From Fimicolochytrium jonesii (taxonomy: Eukaryota): a stretch of DNA of 64,000 nt. The notes under the pieces are model-generated. The model saw only the letters and a list, made by a program, of their open reading frames with translations. It was not told the DNA's origin and did no database searches. Made by a program: the position numbers and the translations under genes. Shown piece by piece: positions 11,934-25,274 of this stretch; within the stretch, counting starts at the first letter, position 1, and each line of letters begins with the position of its first letter. The DNA lies in NCBI RefSeq assembly GCF_025526975.1, contig NW_026515670.1, positions 1,054,001 through 1,118,000 of the forward strand, in the 5' to 3' direction.

Positions 11934-13693
11934 ATGGCTACCAAGGAACTCCCCCACTTGTCCATCGGTACGTACTCTCCTCTCCCTCTCCTTCCCTCGC
12001 TCCACTCGTCGCCGTCGTCGTTACTGCTCAGGCTTGGGCTGCTGTGCTCCGCCATTGCCGCCATCGTCGGCGATCTTCCATGGGAACATGTTCCGAAGTG
12101 ATCTCGTCGACCTTCATTCTGCAGACGCTAACTTATACTTCTCCCACCCTTCTATCTCGTAGTTATCTGCGGTCACGTCGACTCCGGAAAGTCGACCACC
12201 ACTGGTCGTCTTCTTTTCGAGCTCGGCGGTATCCCCGAGCGTGAAATGGAGAAGCTTCGCCAAGAAGCTGAGCACCTCGGCAAATCCTCCTTCGCCTTTG
12301 CCTTCTACATGGATCGCCAAAAGGAAGAGCGTGCCCGTGGTGTCACCATCGCTTGCACCACCAAGGAATTCTTCACTACCAACTACCACTACACCATCAT
12401 CGACGCTCCCGGCCACAGGGATTTCATCAAGAACATGATCTCTGGTGCCGTAAGTATCTCCTTTCTCTCGATGCGGTATACATGATATCTGAGAATTCGC
12501 AGAAACTAAATCCATTCTTCCCTTTCCCTGATCATAGGCTCAAGCTGACGTCGGTCTCCTCATGGTTCCCGCTGACGGAAACTTCACCACCGCTATCCAG
12601 AAGGGTGACCACAAGGCCGGAGAAATCCAGGGTCAAACTCGTCAGCACGCCCGTCTTCTCAACCTTCTCGGTGTGAAGCAGCTCGTTGTCGGCGTGAACA
12701 AGATGGACTCTGACCCTGCGGGCCCCTACAAGAAGGAGCGCTACGATGAGATCGCCAACGAGATGCGCAACATGTTGATCCGTACCGGCTGGAAGAAGGA
12801 CTTCGTCATGGGCAACGTTCCCGTTATCCCCATCTCCGGCTGGCAAGGAGACAACTTGCTCAAGAAGTCCGCCAACATGAGCTGGTACTCTGGGCAGGAG
12901 GTCACTACGCAATCCGGCAAGAAGGTCAAGGTCCACACTCTCCTCGACGCTCTCAACGACTTCGCCGAGATGCCCGAGCGTAAGAACGACGCCCCCATGC
13001 GTGTCCCCATCTCTGGAATCTACAAGATCAAGGGTGTCGGTGATGTGCTCGCTGGTCGTGTCGAGCAGGGTGCCGTTCTCCCCAACAAGGATGTCATCTT
13101 CGTCCCCACCCACACCGCCGCCAACGCATGCGCTGGCAAGGTCTTCACCGTCGAAATGCACCACAAGAAGGTTGAGAAGGGTCAGGCTGGTGACAACATC
13201 GGCATGAACATTAAGGGTCTCGACAAGAACAACATGCCCCGCGCTGGAGACATCATGATCTACAAGGACGACAAGTCCCTCAAGCCCGTGAAGTCGTTCG
13301 TTGCCCAGATCCAGACCCTCGACATTCCCGGCGAGGTCAAGCCCGGATACTCCCCCATTGGATTCGTTCGGTGCGGTCGCTCTGCATGCCGATTGAAGGC
13401 CATCAACTGGAAGATGGGCAAGGAGACCGGTATGAAGAAGCTCGAGGGCGCTCACTCCTTGAAGGCCAACGAGGCCGCCGAGGTCGTCATGGAGCCCATC
13501 CAGCCTCTCGTCGTTGACTCCTTCAAGAACTGCGAGGGTCTTTCCCGTATTGCCTTCCTTGACGGTAACTCCGCCGTCATGTTGGGCAAGGTTGTCAGTG
13601 TTGAGTTCCGGGTACGTTCCACCCTTTCGTCCCTCTGTTGTTGTTGTTGTGTTGTGCACGATGCTGACTCCGTCTTCCCGTTTCTAGGACTAA
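11934..13693 (+). CDS. EFL: Elongation factor-like GTPase EFL (EF-1alpha paralog), 4 exons
   Basis: Introns at 11968-12162, 12450-12537 and 13612-13687. [51 protein letters not shown] and [15 protein letters not shown] are EFL-type, not EF-1alpha. Strong C-ending codon bias. Confidence 0.95.
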
Positions 13694-16029
13694 ACCATCG
13701 GTCTTGTGAAAGCCGCCATGTCAAGAATCATAACAACACCCACCGCGTTTCTGAACCCCATTTTGTCCAAGCGTATTTTGTTAAATATACTAAGTTAGTT
13801 CTTTTTTTTGTATCTAAACTTTTTCGTAAGAGGATTTCAAAACGAACATTCGTGTCATTGCGTGTGCTGCGTTCTGTTTGTGGCGTTGGTCGATTTGCGA
13901 GCCGCCAGTTCTGTGTGCGGCTGGGTTCATGATTCTCGTCAACTTGCCTCTGGTCTCTTTTGGCGCGCCGTGTTATCAAGAAGGTCGAGTCGGAGGTGCC
14001 TTGAATCTTGATGTTCAGGCTTCACCTCGTAGTTGAGTGGTTGTGTCTCCTTCGAAATTCAGTTTCTGTTTTGTCCTCGCCAGCGCGGAAGGGCTGGAAG
14101 AACTCAGGACGACCCACCCGGCTTCTCAACGGCTCCGTCAAGACGAGCAGCTTCCCCAAATCACGCTGCATGTCCAGTCCGCTTCCACAACCCCGACTTT
14201 CCAAATCTAACCTCAGCTCGCCACCGTTCTGGATAAGCCAGCCTCACCCGCCATATAACACCAAAAATTGGTGTCAACCGAAGTGGAGTGCGATAATATT
14301 TGAGAACAAAGGGCGCGAGGACTTGTGGCTAGCGGATGGATGATACGCAGACGGGCACGCACACCCCTCAACGCATCCCGAGTTTTCTGCCCATACCGCA
14401 ACCCCTAACGTCGCGTATATATATATATATATATTGGCCCTTTCGTGGACAGCGATTCGACGTTGGCGAGCCGTCAATTTTGGGCGCGAGAAATCCCGAC
14501 CATCGGAGCTCCTCCACCACTTTGTGATCAGGAAACGATCGGACAGAGTAGATTTCGCGTCCAGGTAATCACGTTCACCACCGGGACTCCCATCATCCGC
14601 CACCGCCGCAGCCGAAGGATGGTTCAGCGCCGACGCCGATTGTTCTGGATACGGACTTGCTCGGGGATGGAAGGGCTCGGCAAAGATGATAGGCGCCGCA
14701 CAGGCTGTTGGTTGCGGACGGGGAATGACATGCACGGCATCATATGGAAGCGTACGCGAGACCGTTCGGTGACATTTGGCGTCGATCGCATTCACCATCA
14801 GACTTTCGGACGCGCTACCGTGACGCTGAACGCTTTCACAGTTGAGATATTTGTTGAATCATGGAAGTGCCATTTCACAGTAGGTATCTGTCTGAAGCTT
14901 GGGACTCAGAATACGAAACACGGTTCTATCGAACCGACACCAAAAAAACACGAATGTTCTACGCCGGTGCAGCTTTAACAGCTCAATTCTACAAACCGAG
15001 TTATCTGAAAAATCTTGATGGAAGGAGAACCTCATCACCGGAGAGCAGCGTCGAATGTAGGACCGCTCGGTTTGAGGAATGTATCTATACACCACGGATG
15101 GATTCAGTTCTGAGTGTTGTCACTCGTATCCATTGCCAGTTACTTCGCGCTGGCTTTACGCATACGTCCGCCACTTGTTACCGTATCACCTATGATTCGG
15201 CATGTATATTCACTCCGCTCAACAGAAGGTGAGATCGGCGCTCGCTACGAAACCTGTTCCGGAACCGACGGCCGAAGCTCATGGATTTCCAGCCCGTCAC
15301 GAAAGACAGCACGTAGGAGGAAAACTCACAGGACCCTCACAAGGAGATTTCCATCTGTGTCTTGGAACCCGTTTCTCCGCAGGTGAATGGCGCCGACGAT
15401 CGAAGTATTCCAAACATGACAAACGGGAACAAGTAACCCGCGTTGCGCGCGTCCGCCCGCGCGCGTCCGACAAATCCGACTTCGCAGATGTACATCAATC
15501 GCATTGTATACCAAAGCCCTCCACAGATCGATAGCAGATGGTCTGCACCCGAGGTTACGGGAGAGGGCTCTTGCAGAGATCTCAGGAAAACATTGTGGTG
15601 GCTGCGTGTAAAAGTGCTCAGACCGCCCCTCAGGAGATTTGAACGCTTTCATCTGGCGAAACATACGTAGCTTGCAGACTCAACTTGGAGAGCTTAAGGC
15701 CCTGGGCGGAGATTCTCAATTTTCCGAGGTTGATGTTCCCGTCACGCTCGGCCTCACCGTCGGCGGGACCCACCGGAGTGCGAATTGGGAGAACAGAGTA
15801 CGAAGACATAGTAGAGGTAGTATTTCTGAAGTATGTATCTTTTCATGTAAATACACACGCTCAACACCGCGAAATGCCCAACATAGTAAAATGCGGCAAA
15901 ATACTATCCTGCATCAAACCAAACCGAACACAGTGCTTCCTAACTACATACGCCACCATGTCCCGCCATACCCCACCCCACCTCATTCCCCACCTTTGTA
16001 GGAGGCCTCCGGGCAATATTTGTGAATGA

Positions 16030-16665
16030 TGCCACCACCATCGCCCCGCCACCAATCCCACCGCCGTGTCCGTCACCTCACAGCTCCTCAGGTCCAGAGT
16101 CTTCAAAGCCAAGGGCACGAAGTTCTCTCCAAAGTTCTCGCAGATCCTCTTCGTCGGTGACGCCTGAGCTTCCGGCCAGCCTGAGATTTCTCAACCCGCG
16201 ACAATCACTGAGCAACTCACGCACGGTTAGGTCGTTGACGCGCGTGGTCGGTCAAATCAACAGCAGTCGAAGATTGTCCAGTAGCCTCCAAGATGTCCAT
16301 ATCCAGAGACGGCGTGATCCAAGTACATCTGGTGACGTCCAGTGTGGCAAGCATTCGTCTCCTGGCACGTATAGGCGGAGTTTGTAACATTCGTGCAATT
16401 GCTGAGCGACAAATGCTTCAGGCTCGACCTCACTTTTGCGACATACGTCGTAACACAGCGTCAGAGACAGAGTCGGGGTAGGCGCTGAAATCGAGTGCGG
16501 CCCAGACACGGCTCTCACTCCTGCGTAGGAGGGCGGGCCAAGTGCGAGAGACCGTGGTGCCACGGATAAGGGTGGTGAGTGGGAGATAGCTGAGGATGAG
16601 AGGAAAAGCTTCAGCGGGAGTGAGAGCGGGATTCTGCTGAGGTTTGGATGCTAGTGATGAGGCAT
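16030..16665 (-). pseudogene. F-box/leucine-rich-repeat (FBXL-like) pseudogene
   Basis: F-box-like PAEAFPLILSYLPLTTLIRGTTVSRTW...VWAALDFS, followed in shifting frames by LRRs LKHLSLSNCTNVTN, LATLDVTRCTWIT, CRGLRNLRLAGSSGVTD and LKTLDLRSCEVTDTAV. In-frame TGA at 16430-16432. Confidence 0.75.
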
Positions 16666-17649
16666 CGGTTTGATTTGATATGTCTTTCTGCCAGTGTGGT
16701 GATTGTGTTCACTTTCGGTCTGCTGTAGACTTTCAATATTGACTTCAAACACTGTCAGAAGACTACAGAACGGAATCATAGAACGTTCCTCTAGATCGCG
16801 GAAACACATCCTACTCGCATACCCCGTATTTCATGCTTCCTGTCCGAGTCTTTCCCTTCGCGATCTCTTACATTCTCGCAACATCCTCATCTTTCCCCAA
16901 GCAAGAAAAGGCCTCGCCCGCGTGCAAGTAACCCTGAGTAACAGTGTAAGAGGGCATGAATGAACGTTAAAGATAGATCCGCTACCAGATTTATGCAGTC
17001 GCTCGTTCGGCCCCGCACACATATTTGGATATTTGTTGGATCAAGGCTAAGCACCGCCTGCGGCGTCATCCAAGGCCTCCTCCCAGGCGCCCACATCAAG
17101 TTGCGGCAACGATTCTATCTCCAAGAGTTTGTCGTTCTGCGGGTCGGTTGCACTACCTGTAAAACCATTCTGTTCCGAAATCAAGGGATTGGAGCGTGAC
17201 GTTATGAGAGTTTGTTACTTATTCTTTCGCCTCGTCCAGCAAACGAATGCAAGCTACGTATTCGCCGCGCCGAAAGGCCGCGAATGCGGGCGAGATGGCG
17301 AGAGGTCTGGGCTGCGCCCGTGAGCTGCAGCTGGGTATGGGAGAATCGGGGGCGGTTGCCATTTCGGCTGTAACGAATAGTCCAAATGCGGTTCTGCGAT
17401 GCAAGTTCTACAGGGTCCTTCGCTACATGATGTTGGAGAAGATTCCAGGCACACTTTTGCAGCTTTTACCCACTTTACATATCTATGACCTCTTTTGACG
17501 CAGCTTGTTTTTGACGCGGAACCCCATTGCATTTTATGCGTGAAGTCAACGCTTAAGACTCAAAAAGTTACGTGCTATCTGAGCACGGTCCTATAGGAGA
17601 ACCTCGACCAGCTGCCTCTTGCACATAACGCTCGAAGCCCATTCATCCA

Positions 17650-19513
17650 ATGTCGAACGTGCACTCTGGGCAGGACCTGAGTGCTGCTCTGGTCCAGACT
17701 TGCTCCGAGGTATGAGTTCAGTTACCGGCGGAAAAGAGCGGCAAGGACGAACCGCCGACACAAACGCTGACCTACCCCACTTAGATTGTCAACGAATTAG
17801 TAGCCGCCATCAAAGCCGGGAAGGATGTCAGCCTCACAGGAGTCAAAACAAAGGTTGCCAGAAAGTACCGGCTGCACACACAGCCAAAGTTGGTCGATAT
17901 TATAGCCGCCATTCCCGAGCAGCACAAAGCCATGCTCCTTCCTCGCCTGCGAGCCAAGCCCGTGCGAACAGCTTCAGGAATTGCGGTTGTAGCCGTCATG
18001 TGCAAGCCGCATAGGTGTCCGCACATTGCCATGACAGGGAATATCTGTGTTTATTGTCCCGGTGGACCCGACTCGGATTTCGAATACTCGACGCAGTCGT
18101 ACACGGGATACGAACCAACCAGTATGCGGGCTATCAGGGCTCGGTATAACCCATATGAGCAGGCGAGGGGACGGGTGGATCAGCTTAAGCAGCTAGGACA
18201 CAGCGTAGATAAAGTGGAGTACATCATTATGGGTGGGACTTTCATGTCCCTAGCGGAAGAATACCGGAACTGGTTCATAGCAAACCTGCACGACGCTCTC
18301 ACGGGGTACACCAGCAACGACGTTGACGAAGCCGTTCGGTTCTCGGAGCAGAGCGAAACCAAATGCATCGGAATCACCATCGAGACTCGACCGGACTACT
18401 GCTTGAAGCCTCATCTGAGCCAAATGCTCCGATACGGCTGCACACGGTTGGAAATCGGCGTGCAAAGCGTATACGAGGACGTTGCGAGGGATACTAATCG
18501 TGGACATACCGTCAAGGCCGTGTGTGAATCATTTCAGCTCGGTAAAGACGCCGGGTACAAAATCGTAGCGCACATGATGCCAGATCTGCCGAATGTCGGC
18601 ATGGAGCGGGATATGGACCAGTTCAAAGAGTACTTCGAGAACCCAGCATTCCGATCTGACGGGTTGAAACTTTATCCTACGCTTGTCATTCGAGGGACGG
18701 GGTTGTACGAGCTGTGGCGGACTGGCCGGTATAAGAACTATACGCCGGAAGCGCTGGTGGATTTGATCGCTCGCATTCTGGCGCTCGTACCGCCATGGAC
18801 TCGTGTGTACCGTGTTCAACGGTGAGTCAAGTGAGTTGGGTGTCTTTGGATGGAACACGATCACTGATACTTTCTCCCTCCCATCAGTGATATCCCCATG
18901 CCCCTCGTAACATCCGGCGTCGAACACGGTAACCTCCGCGAACTCGCGCTGAACCGCATGAAAGACCTCGGAACCGAATGCCGCGACGTCCGCACCCGCG
19001 AAGTCGGCATCCAAGACATCCACAACAAAGTACAACCCGACCAAGTCGAACTCATCCGCCGCGACTACGTCGCCAACGGCGGCTGGGAGACCTTCCTCTC
19101 CTACGAGGACCCGCGGCAGGATATCCTTATCGGTCTGTTGCGGCTGCGGAAGTGCAGTGAGGCGGTGTTTAGGCCTGAGTTGAAGGATCCGGGACAGTGC
19201 TCGATTGTGAGGGAGTTGCACGTGTATGGGAGTGTGGTGCCGATACATAATCGGGATCCGACCAAGTTCCAGCATCAAGGATTTGGGACTCTGTTGATGG
19301 AGGAGGCGGAGCGGATTGCGAGGGAGGAGCATGGGAGTGTTAAGCTGGCTGTCATTTCCGGTACGTTTTGGGTTCCGATCAATATGAGCGGAAGTCCTCG
19401 TTTCCAACCAATTTAACATACCGTTGGCTCCCACAGGAGTCGGAACACGCCACTACTATCGAAAGCTGGGGTATGAGCTTGACGGGCCATACATGTCCAA
19501 GATGCTCCTTTGA
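17650..19513 (+). CDS. ELP3: Elongator catalytic subunit (radical SAM + KAT), 4 exons
   Basis: [35 protein letters not shown] and FQHQGFG motifs. Introns at 17710-17784, 18822-18887 and 19361-19436. Confidence 0.97.
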
Positions 19514-20106
19514 GGTGTCATCACACCCCAACAGTTGGACTCGAACAATTTTGAAACTCGCAAGGCTTCGCGGGACAGGCCTCAAGTTAACCCGAAAGAA
19601 ATGCCTGTGTCGGAGGACAACACATTTGCGCTTGAAGTTTGTGATGGCTGCGCCGCTGGGTACCACCCATATAGGAAGCAACGGAGCCGCCGCAGCCTCG
19701 TCCACTGAAAATCGCCGTAGCGCATCACATGATTCACATCCCACCTCGCAGGACAGATTCTAGCGTAGTCCCGTAGACGTCGCAGGAGGCAGTCATGTAA
19801 TGTAGCTTCGACATCATCACCAGCTTCTCATTGGCGTCGTATAGAATATGCGATCCAGCAAATAGGCACCGAACGTTCTTTGTGTCGGAATGACGAATTT
19901 CCTATGTCCACCCACTTCTCACTCCATGGAACTCCACACCCAACCCATATCGTTCACACGCCAGACGCAAACACACGACTGGTCGGGGCCATTCAAGGGG
20001 TATGGTGCTATATGTACTGTAAAGAAGAGCATCCCCAGAAAGGAGCGAGAGAGGAAAATTCACAAACAGGATGGTATACAGGGGAGTTTGATGGGAAGCG
20101 TCGTCT

Positions 20107-20802
20107 CTACCAATCAAGATCTTGCCATCCCTTCTTAACTGCTGGAGGCCGGGCAGCGATCTCTTTTGCCCATCGCGTTGCCTCCGCGTTGTTTTCTGTC
20201 CATCCCCAAAACCTGACTGTTAATGTGTTGAGGATCCGATGATTAGCGCGATGGTACACTTGACATAGTGAGCACAAGACAGGGAGAGGCACTTACATAG
20301 CGACCGTTTGCATGCGAAAATGAAACCGACGGATGCGTAGAAGGGGATCTGGACTGCCATGACACGAGGCATCACACGAGGGTGGAATGATGGGGACAGT
20401 CGTTCTGTAGGCAGGAGGTGGAACGTGAGTATGGGGGTTGCTTGGACCCTTGGCGAGGATGCAATCTCTTTCGACAACCCCGCAGTCTGCCTCTCACAGC
20501 TGATTCGTCTATGACCACCAGATGTCGTTCTGTCCCGCATTCCAGACCTATGCCTGATGGCTCCATTTGCCTCCTACGTCCCTTCGCGGGCCTTCAACCC
20601 CTCATCCCCTCCCTTCATGTCCCATTCCACAGTACGCACCCCAAATGTAGTGAGCAGCAGGGAAACCCAGCCCAACAGCAGCACCAACAGCGTAGTCCTC
20701 CTGTCGCATGTAACGGACCACATCCTTGATGTGTGGGTTGGCTTCTAAGAATTTGTAAGGGACGTGGTCGTCGTCGGGCAGGTTGGAGAAGAATTGAACC
20801 AT
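20107..20802 (-). CDS. Mitochondrial complex I accessory subunit NUXM (20.9 kDa-type), 3 exons
   Basis: PYKFLEANPHIKDVVRYMRQEDY...; ERLSPS...GFIFACKRS; RFWGWTENNAE, which is the family motif. Confidence 0.85.
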
Positions 20803-21329
20803 GGTAGGCTATCGACTCGGAGACGGGTTTGGAGAAGGGATGACGACGGGGGATTGTTGAACCGATTAGACCTATCAAAGCACCGGAGCGGCTGGCAGCT
20901 GAGAGCGATACTACTGTCGAACAGAGATGGGGGTTGTTGAGTACTGCTTTACCGTTCGCAATCACCCCCTTTGGCGCTCGTTCCCAGAGGCCAAATCCCC
21001 ACAACCGCGCGGCGAAGCACGTGACCGACGGGCAAGTGAACAGTCGAAACGGCGAAACGGCGAGGCGATTATTGCCCTGGACGAAGGTCAAACGCTCATC
21101 GGCACCGACTCCGTCGGCTCAAGCATATATCATAGAAAGTCGTAGGCAGAGAGGCTCGGAGAGGCAGGCAAAGACTCTCTTCCGAATGCCACAAACAAAG
21201 CGAGAACGAACCAGTAAACGGTCCCCATCTTCCAAAACGACGACTCAGAGTGGAGACGCGCAGGGACCAGGCCTACCATTGGGCGCACGGGGATCTCCCA
21301 CGACCTCGACGAAATAACTTATATTCACA

Positions 21330-24300
21330 ATGGCGAGTACAGTGTATCCCACTGTGCATATGTCGAAAGGTGGGGGCGGCAAAGCGTTTGAACTGTTGAT
21401 TGTAGTCATTATCACCAAGGCTTTTACATTCACTTTCTCGTAGATACGTTCCTCGCCCTGCATTCCCAAGGTCAAAGCGATATCTTCCAAGCGGTGCTGT
21501 TTGGTATTCGTGACCTGACCGACGGAGAGGGGCTTGCTTTGCATGTCAAAGGCTTTGTGCCTTTCAAGTCGGACGGGAGCGACCTGTTCGCCGTTTTATC
21601 TCAACTTCTCAGCGTTCACGGTCAAACTGTGTTAGGATGGTTTGCGGTAAATACCAAACAATGCGGTTTAGATACACCAAGCATTTGCTCATATATGTTA
21701 TCCGTAGGGATTTCCTTTCCATCCACACCTCGGCAAAAGCAACGAAATTCTGCGACAAACCGGTCACGACATCGCTTCGGCATACTTTGAAGTATTTCAG
21801 CATGCGGCACTCCGGGCATATTTAGCGTTTTCAGATTCCGACATGCCGACGGAAAGCGAAACGAAATCTGTGGATTTCTTGAGTGGATTGTCCGGACTGC
21901 TCACTGACCTTATTGGTCTGGTGTGTTTAAGGGGTGCGTTGCGCTCGGAGGAAGGTTGATTCCTCGGGATATCCGCGTTATTGATACCTCTTTGGGCCCC
22001 AGGCAGTCCGTTAGCTGGATTCACAACAATTGCCGGCTATCAATGCGTCACCATCAACATAGAGAAGCTAACGCCAGAAGCCGATAACTTAACGTACCTT
22101 GTAACGACTCCCACCATGGGGACTTCGTCTTCACAGAACGTGAAGGCGCTGCACGCTGCGTTCGAGCAAAGGGCAAAACCTTCACCTTCGGAATCGCGAG
22201 CCAATAGTTTACTCCAAGCTCGGCTCGCGAACTCCAGTACAGCGGACGCACTGATTCCTCAGTTAGACGAGGAAGCCACCCCTTTGGCAAGTCGAAAGCG
22301 AAAAAGCACATCCGATTTGGCACAGGAGAGCTTTCGGAAGAAGGTAGCTAGTGGTCAAGTCCGTAGCACTAAAGTCCTATGCGATATTTACAACCTTCGC
22401 AGATGAAAGTGAATTCAGACCAGGAGTCTCAGCTGGCCAAGGAAATAAGGTCAATACCTGATGAGAACATACATGTTCTCCCCGGGCAACGTTCCGATTA
22501 TTTACGACAGATCACGGGTCCTGAGAGGTTTGTTCTTCTTGGCCTTGAAACCGGTCTTCGATCGATTCGACCTCACGCAATTTCCCTCTAGCTTCACATT
22601 TTGCTCTCCGTTTGACGAGCTGGCCTTCTCATCGATGTCTTTTCAAACGGCTGTTGACCAGCTGGGCGAATTGCCGCAAATAAGTTCAAACCTTCGGTCA
22701 AAGCATCAAGCTATAAGTCTACACATGACGTCGACCCTGGATGAGAAACTGAAGCGCTTCGAAGAAGCGGGACAGCGATATAACTTGCTGGCAAAGTATT
22801 TAGATACCCTCGAGACCATGGCGCGGAACCTGAGAAGCGCCGCTTTGGTGCGGCCCGTTCCGGAAGAAGCAGCTGCACCTCCGCCGCTGGCTGAACAACC
22901 AGGACAAGCAAACGAGGACGATGGGCCGCAGAATAAAGAGGTGGATAAGCCAATGCTGGAACGCGATGATGGAGAAGACGAGGAGGAGGAGCACAGACTC
23001 AGCCCCGCCTGCATCGATGAAATCGCGGATGTGTCTCAAAGTGTGTCATTGCCGACAATCGCAGAGAGCAGTAACGAAGCTGAGCATGCTGAAGTACCGG
23101 AACCCACGCATAATGTCACCCTGCAAGCTAAACTAGAGAAAATCTGGGAGCAAATGCCAAGGGAAGCTGAGGGGTCGACAGGGGCTCCGGCCTCACCGGC
23201 ACAAAATCTCGCAACAGAACGACGATCACACACAGAAACAGATGTGCCAGCAGTGCCGAGTGGTGAATCGGTCGTGGATGTGCCAAAATCACCCGAAAGG
23301 GCTACCAACGGAACAGCGTCTTCACCAGAACCACAGCGATTTCTCGAAAGGCGGAACGCCACTGGAGAACCTCCGAGTTCCAGCACAGTTTCTCATCGGG
23401 CGGAGGAGACGCGTGATGAGGCCGAGGCTGAGCCAGAGAACAGAGCGACAACACCAGCACCGGAAGTCATTGTGAAAGTAGAAGCACCAACGCCTCGCAA
23501 GATTGGCCTCGAGGAATATATGCGAATGAAGGGGAAGCTTGCTGCTAGCAATTCGACACAAAAGTTCGAAGAGCCGAAACCGCGGGTAGATACGACTTCA
23601 TCAGCGCCATCGAACGAAGAGCGCGAAACCGAACCGGCAAAGGAACTCCGACCGTCGGGAAGTGCGGAAAATGCCAAGCAACAGGAGTCCTCTGAAAGAG
23701 CGGATGTCACGGCGGGGACGGGGCCTCCGAAAGAGAAACAGCCTGCCAATGAACCAGCTGTGGCCGAGACCAAAGCGATATCCGTCGCACTTACCAGTCC
23801 GGTGGCCACCGAGGCACGGGCGCCAAGAGAGGAGATCAAGCCGGCGGTCTACAAAAGCGAATTGAGGATCGTGACGATAGACCGTCCCTTCGGGCAAACT
23901 GATGATGACCGATCACGGGAGTCTGTCTTACGGAAAAGCAGCCCACACCCGCATAGCCGCAGCCAGAGCGCTGATCGGCCAATAGCAAAGCGGCGAGACT
24001 CTCGCGGCGAACATACTCCCATCCGAGTCGTCTACCTCCAGGACGCAGCCAAAAGCCCTCCCCCGCGCTCCTCCCGCTCATCATCCATCGACAGTCGCGA
24101 AAGAGATCGCGACCGATATCACCGCTCTGCACCCGCTTCCATCCGCAACAGCCCTACACTGAAAGACGATATTGAGGAAGGGGAAGTGGCCGACTCATGG
24201 TCGGGGGAAACGCCTACGTCCTCGCGTTTCGATCGGAATCGGCGGTCAGGGTATTTCTCGTTCGCAGATCGAGAAAGAGAACGGGACCGTGACCGTGACC

Positions 24301-24626
24301 GCTCCTCAAGGAATCCGGTGAGCCCCATTTCCGTGCGAAAGCTCGACCGAGAACGAGACCGGGACAGAGATAGTGCACGGAGTTACAGCCCATCAGTCTC
24401 GAACCGCGACTCTGTGAGCTCAAGAGATAGATACTGGGACCGCGACCGGGACCGAGAAAAAGACCGGGCGAGGGATAGAGACCGCGACCCGGATCGGAAT
24501 CGCGCCCGAGACCGAGAGCGGGACAGGGAACGGGAACGGGACTGGAATGACAGCAAAGAGCCGGATACTCGCTCTGCGTCTTCCTCTTCTGCGTGGGATA
24601 AGGATCGAGACCGGGCAAATCCATGA
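21330..24626 (+). CDS. Multi-exon protein: putative inactive MPN (Abraxas-like) N-terminus, coiled coil, long disordered region, RD/RE-rich C-terminus
   Basis: Exons 21330-21369, 21444-21646, about 21708-21920, about 22003-22343, 22403-22449 and 22511-24626. The last is a long open frame with RDRDRERD repeats. The gene is well supported, the family call is tentative. Confidence 0.65.
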
Positions 24627-25274
24627 AAACTCATGGGTCTGTTCTCGGATTGTAGATTTTAATGTCTGCCGTGACATACGGATTCTGATTTTCATCAGGC
24701 CGGATGTGTTTGTCAAACGCGATTTTTGTATTGCATTACAAAGACGGAATATACCCTGGTGATGGGCAGTGATATCCTCGCTGCGATCTCTAGCTACTTT
24801 TGGTGAATACGTAGACCCATCTATGCAGGGGAGAGAAGAAACAGACCTCGCCCGGTACGCCTTCACAAAGCAAAACCCAAAGTAATACGCCCGGTGCACT
24901 TTTTCTGCCCTCAGTTGCCGCGAAGATCTGAACATGGTCTCTCGGTTGTTTCCGTGAGTGTGACTAGCAACATTCCCGGTGGTGCTTCATCTCAACAGTT
25001 GCCCGAAGGACTGGACATTCGATCGCAGGACCGGACCCTGGACCGGACCGGACCTGAACGCAGGTCCGAAACTTGAAGCTAGGCAGGCGAAGGTGGATCA
25101 ATCTCCTGCAGGTCGCTTGTCGAGAATTCGGCTGTCCAAATCGCGGGCGGTACAGTATATATACAGTGTCCTGAAGAGTATTGAGGTTGAGGTCCATCAT
25201 GTTCTTCGGCCCCGCGCCACGATATGAGAGCAGCACGAGTTCGTCGGCTTAACGCCTTGGGGACTTTCTGGTAG

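Noticed and set aside
12532..13659. 375-aa minus-strand ORF
   Set aside because: Antisense shadow of the codon-biased EFL gene, with no domain of its own.
14416..14434. (TA)n tract
   Set aside because: Ordinary short microsatellite.
14445..15670. Overlapping ORFs downstream of EFL
   Set aside because: No recognisable motif or consistent frame.
18529..19434. 301-aa minus-strand ORF
   Set aside because: Antisense to ELP3 exons.
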